Positions 1 through 15,100 of a DNA stretch of 64,000 nucleotides are shown one piece after another. The first letter of the stretch is position 1. Every line of letters begins with the position of its first letter. The DNA is from Blastocystis sp. Blastoise (Eukaryota; Protista; Bigyra: Opalinata). A model generated the notes under the pieces. The model searched no databases, had not been told where the DNA came from, and saw only the letters and a list, made by a program, of their open reading frames with translations. The position numbers were made by a program, and so were the translations under genes. The stretch is from positions 806,001 through 870,000 of the forward strand of contig JBBPEB010000002.1 in assembly GCA_039096225.1 (NCBI GenBank). The letters are read 5' to 3'.

Positions 1-621
1 AAGAGAAAAACGATATTAGTGAAGAGATATATGGCAAATGATATGATTCAAGCTTTATTAATAAATACAGAAATTGTATATACTGTTGACATAAATAAAC
101 GTCAATCATTATTGGATCAATCTACTTATACAATTAATATAGTCTTTATAAAAACAGAATATAAACTAATGCTCTCTGATCCATTAAATGATACATTTGT
201 TCTGAATTATTAAAGAGTCATTCAGAATTTAAGACCATATCTATAGGTTAAGCTAAGAAGAGGATAAGAGAGAGATTTCCTAGAATCAACTACAACTATA
301 TTCATTATACTGTTACTAATATTATACTTAATGAAAATTTATATAGTTATATCGTTTTAATAATAGAAGTAGTTAATAAAATGAATATAAATAATTAAGT
401 ATTCTTCATGTTATTTGGTAAATAGAAAACCAATAATGAAATAGCTTTGAATAGTCACAGTATACCTAAGGATCTTCGTTTGTTATCATAGTATACCATG
501 ATAGTAGGTAACATAAGTCTATTAACTCTATCTCCATCAGTAATCCTTCTTTGTGGTCTTTCATGGGTCTCAGTAGTGTAGCTCTTGTCATTACAGGTAT
601 ATATATGATATATAATATATA

Positions 622-1230
622 TATATATGTAATGATAAGGATATATATAAAGATGTAGATGAGTTATATATTGATGTATATGGTTTTTGAATGTATTTGT
701 GACATAATGTTATATATATAATATATATATTCTATATTAGTACTATATATAGTATATACATCTATATATAGTATATTATAATACTTATATAGAATATATA
801 TATTATATAGAGTATATATAGTACTTATATGGAACATATATATATGATATATAGTATATATAGTATAGATATAACCTATATACATAAAGATATATATAAC
901 TAGTATATAGAATGGTTTTACATAAAAAAATAATATCTCTTCGTAGTTATAATAATTTAGCATCTTTATAATACAAGTTATATATATCTTTATGTATATT
1001 GGTTATATATATACTATATATTCTATATAATATATATATGCTATATAAGTACTATTTATATATTCTATATAACATATATATTCTATATAAGTACTATATA
1101 TACTATATATAGAATATATATATGATATATATAACATTATATCACAGATGAATCTAAAGACCATTTACATCAATATATAACTCATCTACATCTTTATATA
1201 TATCCTCATATCATTTTACATATATATATA
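622..1230. repeat. Diverged foldback (inverted repeat), arms ~300 bp, spacer ~50 bp
   Basis: 639-678 (ggatatatataaagatgtagatgagttatatattgatgta) is the exact reverse complement of 1166-1205; similarity continues inward to ~870-910 vs ~965-1005. Confidence 0.85.
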
Positions 1231-1239
1231 ATATATGAT

Positions 1240-3900
1240 ATAATTTATATATACATTATATATATACCATTTATATATATCATTTATATATCATCTATTC
1301 CTTCTATGTATTATCTATTCCTTCTATATATTATCTTTATACCATCTATTCCTTCTATATATATCACATATATAATATCTATATATATCATCTATATATT
1401 ATCTATATATATACCATCTATATCTATATATTACTATATATTACTATATATCATCTATATATGACCTATTCTTTCTATGTATTATCTATATACCTTCGAT
1501 TCATCCTATATACATTATATGCATAATATCTATATATTATATATATATATCTATATGTCATATATATATTACCTATATACCATTTATATATCATTTATAT
1601 ATCATATATATATATCATTTATATATCATATATTCATTCTATATACATTATATACATAATTTCTATATATTATATATATGTTATCTATATATATTTTATA
1701 TATTATCTATATATCATTTATATATCATCTATTCATTCTATGTATTATCTATTCATTCTATATATTATCTATATACCATCTATTCATTCTATGTATTATC
1801 TATTTCTTCTATATATTATCTTTATACCATGTATTCCTTCTATATATATCATATATATAATATCTATATATATCATCTTTATATTATCTATATAATATCT
1901 ATATATTATCTATATATCATTTATATATTATCTATATATCATTTATATATCATGTATATATCATGTATATATCATGTATTCATTCTATTTACAATCTATT
2001 CCTTCTATATATCATCTATATATCATCTATATATCGTATATATATTATCTATTACTTGTATCTATATCTATATATCATTTATATAATATTATATATAATA
2101 TATATATATATCATTTATGTATATCTATATACTATATATATCATCTATTTTTTCTATCTATTATCTATATATCATCTATTCCTTCTATTAATTATCGATA
2201 TTTCAATATATCCATATACGTCTATATACCATCTATATATTATCTATATATTACTTATTCATTTTATAGATAATATATTTCTTCATTATATTATCTATTC
2301 CGATATATTATGTATATATTACTATATATCATATATATATTATCTATATATATTATCTATATACTATATATATTATCTATATACCGTCTATTCCTTCATT
2401 TATCTATTCATTCCATATATAATCTGTTCCATCTATATTAAATCCATATAATATCTATATACAATCTATTTCTTCCATAAGTAATCTATATATCATTTAT
2501 ATATTATCTATATTATCTATATATTTATAATCTTTTCCTTCTATTTATCATCTATATAATATATATCATCTATTTCATCTATATATACTATCTATTTCAT
2601 CTATATATACTACTATTCCTTCTATATATTATCATCTATATACCATCTATATTATCTATATTATCTATATTATCTAGATTATATACTATCTATATTATCT
2701 ATATAATCTATATTATCTATATTATCTAGATTATCTATATTATCTATATTATCTATATTATCTATATTATCTATATTATCTATATTATCTATATTATCTA
2801 TATTATCTATATTATCTATATTATCTATATTATCTAGATTATCTATATTATCTATATTATCTATATTATCTATATTATCTATATTATCTATATTATCTAT
2901 ATTATCTATATTATCTATATTATCTATATTATCTATATTATCTATATTATCTATATTATCTATATTATCTATATTATCTATATTATCTATATTATCTATA
3001 TTATCTATATTATCTATATCATCTATATTATCTATATATACTATATATACTACATATTTCTTCTATATATACTATATATACTACATATACTACATATTCC
3101 TTCTATATATACTATATATACTACATATTCCTTCTATATATACTATATATTATCTATATATTATCTATATATTCCTTCTATATATACAATATATACTATA
3201 TATTCCTTCTATATATTATCTATATATTCCTTCTATATATACTATATATACTATATATTCCTTCTATATATACTATATATACTATATATTCCTTCTATAT
3301 AATATCTATATATACTATAAATATACTATATATACTATATATTATCTATAATTACTATCTATTCTTTCTATATATATTTTTATATCATCTATATAGTATT
3401 TATAGCATCGATATATTATATTATATTATCAATATAATCTTATATCATTTATATAACTATATATTCATTATATATATTATCTATATATCATCTATATCAT
3501 ACATATATTGTCTATATCATATTATATTATTTATATATACTATATGTTCCTTCTATATATTATCTTTTTATCATATATCATATAACATATATCTATTCCT
3601 TCTATATATTATCTATATTATCTATATTATCTATATTATCTATATTATCTATAATATCTATATTATCTATAATATCTATATTATCATATTATCTATACTA
3701 TCTATATTATCTATATCATCTATATCATCTATATCATCTATATTATCTATATTATCTATAATATCTATATTATCTATATCATCTATCATCTATATCATCT
3801 ATATTATCTATATTATCTATATTATCTATATTATCTATATTATCTATATATAATTTATTCCTTCTATTTATCATCTATATCATCTATATCATTTATATCA
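1240..3900. repeat. Low-complexity satellite; near-pure (TATTATCTA)n at ~2650-3030 and ~3608-3848, with dispersed TTCCTTCTATATA units
   Basis: Direct reading of the tandem 9-mer; overlapping ORFs are I/Y/S-rich artefacts. Confidence 0.9.
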
Positions 3901-3967
3901 TTTATATGATATATATATTAAAATATAAAAAACATATTATATATACTATTAGCTAATACTATATAGT

Positions 3968-4171
3968 TTCATTGATAACGGGATATTGTCACAAACTCCA
4001 TGTTGTAAGATTCTGAAGCCTCTTTATGCTCTGCAGTCAAAAGGTAAGCCTGCCACTATTAGACGAAAGAGAAAGGCAGAAGAGGCTATGAATAAGAAGT
4101 ATAAAAAGGTTCCTCATGTGAAACGTGCCATACCACTTGAAGACCATGTTAAAATGACTCGTTTTGATTAA
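3968..4171 (+). pseudogene. Isolated exon-like segment encoding a basic peptide (FIDNGILSQTPCCKILKP...RRKRK...KMTRFD*); parent gene unclear
   Basis: GC-richer island after a tatag acceptor, open to TAA 4169-4171; no intact upstream exon could be joined. Confidence 0.35.
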
Positions 4172-4859
4172 TCATTTATCAATATTATTTTCCATATTAT
4201 CTCTAATACTATAAACAAATATGTATCTAATTTAACTAATTATCATAGTATTATTTATATATATCTTATTTAAATCTATTTTTATGATACTCATTTATTA
4301 TATATATATATATATATAAACATTTTTTATTTATTCAATTATTATACTCAAAATTATATTACATACTTTCCATATATATAACCTATTGTTTTTATTCTTG
4401 TTGAGTTCATCATTCTTAAATCTTTCTTCCTATATATCAATAAACAATAACATTCAATACTCTATAACCATAAACGAACATAAATATATATATATATATA
4501 TATACAAAAGAAGAAGTCTTTATTTAATATATTTTGACAAAATAAGATTATATACATATATTAACGACACAGAAAACCATCAATATCCTATCTCAAATAT
4601 TATTTACATAATTTAATATAATACTATCCATAATTAGTTTTTTTTTACCATAAATGAAGAACTATATATATCAAGTACATTAATATATACAATACTAAAC
4701 AAATAATAATAATATATATACTATAAATAAGACACCAGCGAATAATAAACGTTTCATCTCATACTATAGATAAAATACAATATATAATATTAAAAATAAC
4801 AACTTAAAAAAACAAATTAAAAATAGATTATAGATAAAAAGTGAAAAGAAAGAATAATA

Positions 4860-7800
4860 TATACTCTAAATCCATGAGAATAGAAGATCTAATTCATTCA
4901 ACAAATTAAATATTGTATTTGGAAATCTTTGAGTTTCACCAAATCAACCAATGTGTAAGTATTTCATAAATATGGGCTAGATCAGTTTGAGTAGTAATTT
5001 AACATTGATTGAGTACAGTGAAAAGTAGTTCTGAGTGAGTATTTGTCAACATGTAAATGATTTGTTAAGAATGTTGAATATTGAATATATTAATCTGTTT
5101 GTTTATCCTATAGTAGATGTTTGGTAGACTATATAGCAATAATAAAGAGAATAAAAAATACCAGACAAGCCAAATTGTGTTTTAGAAAGCCAATATCCAC
5201 AAATTAAGAAGGACAGTATGACCTAGAAGGTATGATCTATACTAAATAGACATAATAAAATATATAATTAATTTTTATTACAATATTAATATAATAGTTT
5301 AATTACTATAGTATATTTTACTTAATTCTTAAATTTCAAAAAAAAATAAGCCAAAAATTAAAATATTTTCACTTCATATTTTGTATTTGATTTAATAGTC
5401 GTCCCAAAGTGCTTTAAAAGCTTTAATATATTATTGATTGAATGTGTCTACTCATTTATAGTATATTTTATATGTTTATTGTATTTAATTATCTTTAGTT
5501 ACAAACATTCTGGTGAATTTATTGGAAAAGTTGAGATCCATGGAAATGTAACATATTGAGGATTATTGTTATCTCCAGTTGATGTGCAAGAATAGAGATA
5601 GAATAGAAATAAATACATTGCCAAAAATCATAATGCTGTTGAAGTGGCTTATGATTAATGAATTCTGAAAGGGTATGTTGCTAGATATATAAATATAGTT
5701 GAATCTTTAACTCTATTATAGATTTACAAAAAACGATTATGAATGGTAAAGTTTATCTCCTGAACTGTTGTACCCTAACCAGAGAGTTACCTAAACATGA
5801 TTGCTTCGATGTACTATTTTCACAAAACAAAAAATTATTATATACAAAAAATAGATTGTTCTTGTAAGTCTTTATTTATTTATTTTTATTCTATATCTAT
5901 TATATTTTCTTATTTAGAGATGTTATATCCAATGATGGAATCTGTCAGAAGTATTTTTATTTACTAATCTTCATTGATCTTATAAAATAATTTGTTTCTA
6001 TAGAGCGATCAGTGATTCTTACAAACTCAGAATGGGTTCATCTGGAAGAATTAGTGCTTTCCAGGTCTTAATATTGTTAACAAAATCAGATTCCAGATTA
6101 ACTTTGGTCTTTAAAGGTATTTTGTTATTTATTTCTTATCATGACTGTATTTATATTATATAGAAGACAAAAAATTTATAAATCTACGAAATTGAAGACT
6201 TTCTTTTCTCAATTGACTAATTACAGACTATTATTGGGTCAAGTGGTGTTATAGAGGTTAGAATTAGTAAAAAAATTGATTAAATTAGTACGTATATATA
6301 TATTATATGTTAAATGATTAATTTTAAGTGTTTTAATATATAAATATTATTTTATTTAAATATTATATTATATTTTATTTTTTCTATAGTATTCTTCATA
6401 TGTTAGGTATCTATCATTCTTCTATCTTTTAATAAGAATGAATTGCGATATATTTAAGTATATATATTCTTCTTTAGTCATTTTTTACTTTCTATTTAGA
6501 TTTTAGAATGTTTTTCTATTATTTTATTGTATATATATATATATTTTATATATAAATATATTTTAATCTTTTATCCTTCTTAGAAACATGATACAACTTA
6601 TATTAATTATATACTCTCCTGTTATTTGGAAGATAATAGATTAGGACATTAGAAATTTAATTCATTTCTACTTATTCTAGATATATTGAAGTATATATTT
6701 ATATTTAATTTTTTATATATAACTATATTTAAATATATCATTTATAGATACATCAAAATGTATATATATAGCTATACTAAAGTATATATATATATAGATT
6801 GAGTCAATTACAAAACTATTAAGTGTAGAGAAAGTGATATTCAAGTAAATATATATATATTTATATATATATGTATATAGTTATAAAAATGTTTATTTAT
6901 ATTAATTTATATAGTATATTAATATATATATAGTTAAATTATATAGCAAAACATACATATCTAGATAAATATATATGTATATAGTTATATTAAAGTACAT
7001 ATAAGAATAGTTATGTTAAAGTATATGTATAAATTAATATTAAAGAATATATATATAGATATAATAAATTATATATGTAGTAAAGGATATTTATATATAG
7101 ATATATTAAAATATATATGTATAAAGTTATATTAAACTATATGTATAAATAGATGCAGTAAAATGATATATAGATTTACTTATATAAAAGTATATATATT
7201 TATTTTAAAGTATATATATATTAGAATATTCATAGTAATTATACTAGAGTATATATATAGATAGATGATGATATATTCATGTTTTGGTTAGATTATTAAT
7301 ATTTTTATATTAAAGTGTATATATTTATTTATTATAATGTGTATTATATAGTTATATTAATGTATATATAAATATATATATTAAATTGTATATGGACATA
7401 TATATTCATATATATAATTATATTAAAGTATATATAGATATGAGATAGTGAGGTGTATATAGATATAGATATAATAAAGTATATATATCATATTATATAT
7501 ATATATAGTATCTATAAAGATAGATCTAATAAAGTAAATATTAGATATAGATATACTAAAATGAATATATATAGATATAATGAAGTCTAGATATAGATAT
7601 AATGAAGTCTAGATATAGATATATTAAAGTATATATTTATAGTATATAATGCATTATCTATATAGATATACTAATATATATAGATATATACGAATATTAA
7701 TATGTATAGATATATTTATATTAAAGTTTATAGATATTTATATCTATATTTAAACATATATATAGGTTATATTATACAAGTATAGATATTTCTACCTGCT

Positions 7801-10800
7801 TGTTGTTTAAGAATACTTATAATCTATTTATATAAAGACATTTATGATTAGTCAGGTATTATATAAAGTAATAATTATTCTTTAGATATTTTAGATTACT
7901 TCTCTATTAATAAATTATCTATTATTTTATGATTCGTATTTATGTATATATTTATAGAAAAACTCTCCGAAGAAGTGGTACTATTTGAAATGATATTTAT
8001 TTAGTATCTATTATTCTATTCAAAGAATCATTATAAAACATAATATATTTGGTACACATTAGTTTTATATAACTTTTGTATATAAATATAAATATAAATA
8101 TATTTATATATATGTATATAGTTGTTTCTTTATAGTACAAATATTCTCCTTTCTTCTATTGCTATTCTCACCAGTGTTAATAGTTATGTATATAAATTCT
8201 TTTTATAAGTTCTTTGAATTATTTATAAAGTTATCAATTATATTTTCATTGTATATTTCTTATCTATATATCATGTATTATATGTATAAAGTTCAAATTG
8301 AATGTAATCTCTTGTTTATTATGTATTATGAAAGATCTTCAGTTGTCTCTATTACCTATAGAGGTATATATATAACTACTATTCCTATACCTATAGTTTT
8401 TCTTATCTTTTTATATGTAGATATTATAGATTTTCATATTTCATCTATTAATATATATATAAATACTCTATATAGTTTTATAGTTTTTCTTATATATACA
8501 GAATAAGTAGAACTATCTTAGGTACTCAATAAGATAGCTATAGTTACTAGTCTCTCCTTCTGTTCCTATTCATATTGAGAAGCTTATATTTATGTATATT
8601 ATTCTATTCCAGTCTATTGCTTATGTTCTATATTATTATTTGTATAGTTCAATATATATTTACTTTTCTTTTTATAATTATTTTCATATAATTATATATA
8701 TATATATATTACATATCATTATATAGGTATAGAATACGTTAACTATATTCTTAAGGATAGGTTTATATTTAAGAATGGGTTATTCAAGTATATATATATA
8801 AGCATATACTCTATATATAACATAATATATATAGTATTTATTCTTATAGTATTTGTTAAATACATATATATATATAATGTACTTTATCTTTATTAAGTAT
8901 ATACTATTTTATATATAGCGTTAATGGAATAAACTTAGATGATTATATATTATGGATTAGTATTGTTTCCTACTACTATTTAAAGTCCTTTTTTAACTAC
9001 TCTATATTGTATATAAATAATTTATATTATTATTATTCCATATTAACTTATATAAGTTTGATGCTTTAAGAATTCTATTATATAATCATATTGATATTAT
9101 ATTATATAGATCCTAAACAATATATTTATATAGTTACTGCGATTATAAGCAGATTTATAAGGATACTATTCTATATTAATTTATTGTATATAGTCACTAT
9201 ATTATATATATATATATATTATTATAATTTCTTATCCAATAAACTTTTATTGTTTATGTTATTAATATATTATCTATATATAGATACAATCAAATATATC
9301 TTTCTCATCTTCATCGACTCTCTTCAACTTATATATATCATTTCACTATTAGATTAGTTATAATGGCTTCCTTCCTGATTCACATAGTAACTCAATTCTT
9401 ATTCTAAATAATAACAAAAAGTATCATTTGAAGGTATATAAATATTAACTTTATTTATTAATATATTTGAATAATATAAATATAATATAATTTAATATAT
9501 AGTATATAATATATAGTAGCAGTATCATGGATTATATTGAAAGTATATATGTTATACATACTAAAATATATATATATATTATATCTATACTGATATTGAT
9601 ATAAAAAATATAGATAGTAATATCATTATATAGTATGTCAGTGATCAACATGGAATATATGCTATGTGTCTAGTTTAGATTATATGAGTGGATATATAAT
9701 ATATGCCTACATAGTTGTTACATTATAGAATACATAAATAATATATAGTATATAAGAATTATTACATTATTATATTATATATATTTTTATTAGATCATAT
9801 TATATTGATTATTTATAACTTTTATTTTATTTCTAATATTATTATATGTCTAATTTTATCTTTTTATAGAATGAATAATATATAAATATCAGATCTGAGT
9901 ATTATATGGTTTATCCTTCGTTGATAAGATATCTAATATACTTATACTTCTTCTACTCTTTCTGATTTATTGTACATGAACATAAAATAGAAAAGAAAAT
10001 CAATTCATGCTCTAGAATTTTCTACTTTATTCATCTATCTACACAATATATACTATAACTGTAAGGTATACTATATATATTTCTCTTTTTAATGTTTTAT
10101 AGGTTTTCGATGATTCATTATCATATTGATAAATCAATCTTATATTTAGATATATACAACATAGAATATATATAATAGTATACATATACTATATATACTA
10201 TTCTATATTCTCTTTCTATTATACAATAACTTTTATATTTAATATATACATTGTATATTCTGCTTTATATATTATATATGGTTTATAAAATATATTTTTA
10301 TATAGATAAGGTTATACTACTAAAGAAATATATAATATGTTTGATACTTAAATTATATCTATAGTGCTTTTGGTGTATCTATTTATGTATGTATTTATAT
10401 TATATATAATGTCATGATTATTAATAGTATATATATAATAACTTAATCATATACTCTATTATGTTATATCTATAGTAATTGGTTTATTTATATTTTAATT
10501 TGATTTCAAATACTATGAGCATTTATTATATACTTGATATATATATAATAGTAATTATTTGTTATTTAGATGATAGCTATTATTAACGTACATACTTATA
10601 TATATATATATATATACATAATTATATACAATAAATGATATATATTATTACTATCTACTTGATATATATAGAGTCTCCTTATACTTCTTTCTTCATTACT
10701 CATATTATTATTCTGAGTATTTTACACACTTTATGGTTTATATATATCCATTATATATAGTTCTAGAAGTAATCTCTCTTTTATATATGATATTAGTATT

Positions 10801-11790
10801 GATTCTATGTATATTATTTAAAGTATATATTGTACTTTATACTTAGATATATTTTTTTAACAACAATTGTTACTCAACATCATTCTATATTGAAACGTAA
10901 TATATTATTAATGTGTTTTTATAATATTTTATATTTATTCGTTTTATTTTATAAGTTAGTTATTATTATTATTATAAAACGCTTTTTATTCTTTAGTTTT
11001 AAAAATCTTCTTTCTTATATATTCCTAGTTTCTTCTGTGTTTATTTATATAACTGAAAACTTTATATATATATTTTTCTATTAGTATACTCTATTTAGTA
11101 TCGTTATATTATTGTTGTGTATTGTATTATTTACATATATTAATTCTAAACAAAACAACATATATAATCATATTTTTAAAGACTTAATCTATTAAACATA
11201 TATAGTAATATCATAATGGAGTTCTAATAGTATAATAACAATCAAATAGCATAGAATCCAATAGTATGCTGACCAGATCAATTCCAATAAACTATGACCA
11301 ATATGACTATTCAATAATCCTAAATGACTATAATTACACATACTAGCATAATTAATAAGATAAATCAGAAAGTAACCCATAACAGCACCTAATCCATTTC
11401 CATTTATTGATAATATATATATATAACTTCTTAATAGATTAATTAGCATCAAGAACATCATTCTAATTGAATATGAAAATCTTATTAGTCAATTAACCAT
11501 AAACACCCACAATGATGCCAATTCTCTTTTGAATCTAACTATTCTCATTTTCTATCCTATATAATGATAGAGTATATCATTCTAGAATGACCGTAATAAA
11601 GAAGAAGCCTATAGAGATATTTTAAGGTTAATGATCGTAATTACTTAATTCATTATATACCTATCTTATTCTCACCACTACATTAAAAATACAATTTAAA
11701 GCCACTACACAACGTCATAATTCCATAGAATAACATATCATAACCATCTTACCATGTTAATGCCGTCTTATACCATTCTTATCACTTTTC
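4860..11790. pseudogene. Scattered decayed gene relics (exon-like islands with stops/frameshifts on both strands)
   Basis: For example 5500-5670 (+) KHSGEFIGKVEIHGNVTY*GLLLSPVDVQE*; ~4870-4970 (-) MKYLHIG*FGETQRFPNTIFNLLNELDLL; 11190-11790 (-) hydrophobic GNGLGAVMGYFLIYL.. with stops. Flanked by gtat/tag intron-like sequence. Family not identified. Confidence 0.45.
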
Positions 11791-11930
11791 CTATATATAC
11801 TATACTATATATACATATTAAAGATACTTATATAACATATATACATCAATATATCAATACCCTTCAAGAGTCAATAAAAAATAAACATAGAGTTTTCCCC
11901 AGTATTATTTTTAAACATTTTTAAAGTCCC

Positions 11931-11998
11931 CACTCGTAGAATGAGCCGAAGACCACTGTCCTGAGTCAAGTCTGATAATTCTGAGTGTCCTGAGTCAA
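11931..11998 (+). ncRNA. Candidate box C/D-like small RNA or regulatory element
   Basis: GC-rich island with CTGA at 11961, 11972, 11981; cactc/gagtg terminal complementarity; 13-nt direct repeat tgtcctgagtcaa (11957, 11986); box C weak (AGAATGA). Confidence 0.25.
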
Positions 11999-12150
11999 TT
12001 ATCTCCTTTTCTTTTTCATTGTTAGTTAAACATATTTATTTGGGGGTTACAAATATATATTTGTGTATTGAGATAAATTAAGAAAGAAATTGAGTTTTGA
12101 ATAGTTATATTCATTAATCGATCCTTTTTTGTTGCTAATAAATACTTTTG

Positions 12151-15100
12151 ATGCCCTTAAACTATCAAAAGGTTTCTATACTATTTATCAATTTCATAAT
12201 TATCACTGTTTGCGGTATATATTTATAACTTTTATTTATATTTTTATTACTTTAGGTATACGAACTGATAAATGCATAAGATTTGTTCCTGAAAGTAGCT
12301 GTGATGGTAAATTGATTATCAAAAACTATTCTAAAACTGTATTTATGTATCAACGTTTTTTATATTTATTATTAGAACTGTAGTGATATTATACCAAGTG
12401 ATATTTCTGGTCATTGTATTTGTGATGAATATTGGATACAAAACGAGTTACTCTGCAATCATAAGCCTACAACGTGTACTCAAGAATGTAAAAGTATTTA
12501 TATATTTATATTTAAAAATATATATATATTTTTGTGATTATACATGTTTTTTTTTATTCTATCAAACATTTCTGTAATTTTATTTATATATATATATAGA
12601 TTGTGGAGGATGGCGAGCTACTCTTCATTGTGATTCTCATTCAAAACGATTTCCAAAAAATGATTTAAATTGTGATGCTAACGTTCCTACAGAAAACTCA
12701 GGTATTCTGTTAATTTTTGTTTTAATTCTATTCTTATATTATTCTCATATTATTCTCATATTATTTTTATATTAAATTTTTAAGATTTATATATAAATAT
12801 ATTTTGATAAAAATATCATAATATAATTAAACATTCATATATTCTATTTTATTTATATTTGTCTATATATTATATAGGTTATTGTTTGTGTTCTGGGGGT
12901 AGACGAACGGCGTATAGTGATTGTGGACATCCTGTATTCACTTGTCGAAAGGTGTGTGCTCTTCTACCAGTCAAAGAATGTCCTTCTGAAACACCTGATG
13001 CTCATTCAAATAATATAAATAAGAAATGTAATACAGAAATACAAATTGAGAATTATGTTGACGATTCTATAGATATATTTATTGTTGACTTATTGGGATA
13101 TGAGCAATTTCTGTATACAATAGTATCACGTGAAACTTATAATGTATATATATATATATATATGTATTCTGTTATTTATGAATGAGTCATAGTATTTATT
13201 CTTTAATTATTCTCAAATTAATAATGATATTTTTTAAATTTATTCTTATTCTAGTTAAAAGGTTATTGTTCAGTGTCTATATTTCGGTATCGTTATCATA
13301 CAACGCAAATTCTCTTAAAAGAATATGTTTTAGCAAGTGATTTTATTCATGATCGTTTTATACTTTATCCTTGTTATTGTATGTTTCAATAAATATAGTT
13401 ATTATATATTATTTATATATATTTATATATAGCTAGAGACTTCGCTCCAATTCCTCCTTATGAATTTAAGTACGTGTTTACTGGAGGGAAGTTTGAATTT
13501 TATTGGGGAGATATTCCCGCTATTTCTCGACCTTTAAAAATAGGAAGAGATAATGTCTTTACATTAAATCTTGATTTTGTGAATATATATAAAGAACATT
13601 CACATTATTTAAGTATAAAATTATTGTTTTATTTTTTGTTATTATTTAGTATTTGTTATATATTATTATTAATTGTATTTATTATGTATATAAATATTTA
13701 TTATTATGTATATTATTATTATATATAATGTATATATATTTTTCTTATAGAGGCTACTCATAAAGTCACTTGTCCTTTATGTCATGGTAAAGGTGGTTTA
13801 CAGGAATATATACATATATGTCCGTATTGTCATGGATCTGGAATCTATCAAGTATTTTTATTGATTCTATTTATTCATTTATCTCTCTATATATATATAT
13901 ATGTAGTTTCATAATTTAAAAAATTTTATGAAATAAAATATAAAAATTGTTATAATTATATTTTTATATAGAATTATCATCTATATCCAAATAATTCAAT
14001 ACAATCACTTTCTTCTGTATGTTCACATTGTCATGGATATGGTAATATATATGATCAATATCATATATGTCCAAAATGTAAAGTATATATATATGAAGTC
14101 TTTCTAAAAGAAAGTTTATTATAAAATATTCCTTATAATTATATCATTTTTCTAAATAAAGGGAAATCGAATTATTGATGAACGAATAATAAAGAATCAT
14201 TTCTTTCCTGAAGGTACTCCAAATGGATATATAAATAAAAACTATTTTATATTCTTTCTATTCTTTATAATTTATACTTTTTCCAATAATGATATATAAT
14301 GTTTATTATCTATATATATATATAGATATATAATTGACCTACCTAATGGTGGAAATAGTATACCATTCTATACGAATTCTAAAGGAAGTTTTGTTGTTCA
14401 ATATGCTATTGATGAACCTATATCATTATATATATATTATTTATTGTTTTATAATATAATTTTTAATTCAATTTTTATATATCGTTTTTTTTTTATTCTT
14501 TTTAATATTATTATAGTCTGTACTTTCTTTAATAAACACTATTCATTTGATGAGAATAATCTCTATATAAATCACAATGTATGCTATTATTATAAAGTTT
14601 ATTCTAAAGATAATTTCTATATATATATATATAGATAACATTATATGAAGCTTTACATGGCTATATACATTCTATTCCTCATCCTCTACTATTTAATATA
14701 ACTCTATCTTATCCTTATCCTACTATGCAAGATATATCTATTAGAATACCGGGTATGTTATATATTATATAAATATAATGATAATAGTTTTATCATTGAA
14801 AGTAATAGTATTAAAATAAATAGTACTATTAGTTTTTTCTAAAAATTAATAATCTAAAAGAATTAATAATCTAAAAGAATTAATATATATATATATATAT
14901 ATATTCTAGGTCTTGGTATACCATTACAGAATACAGAAGGGTGTAAAGGATTTGAAGCATATAAAGAGATATATATGAATACAACAGTGAATTTAGATTC
15001 AAATACAATTAAATATATATATAAAGGACAAGAAAGACTTCCTGAAGAAGATCTTACATGTATATAATATATATATATATATATGTTACACCTTTTTTTA

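Noticed and set aside
664-2451. I/Y-rich ORFs here and poly-I/L/N ORFs elsewhere (19216, 51601, 52415-52844, 58328)
   Set aside because: Translations of microsatellites or antisense to real genes.
2650-3030. (TATTATCTA)n or (TTTCTA)n as telomeric repeats or CRISPR arrays
   Set aside because: No G-rich strand, internal position, no spacers; eukaryotic context.
4860-6250. Stop-codon reassignment suggested by in-frame TGA/TAG in exon-like islands
   Set aside because: Intact conserved genes use TGG and CAA/CAG with no internal stops; the relics also contain frameshifts.
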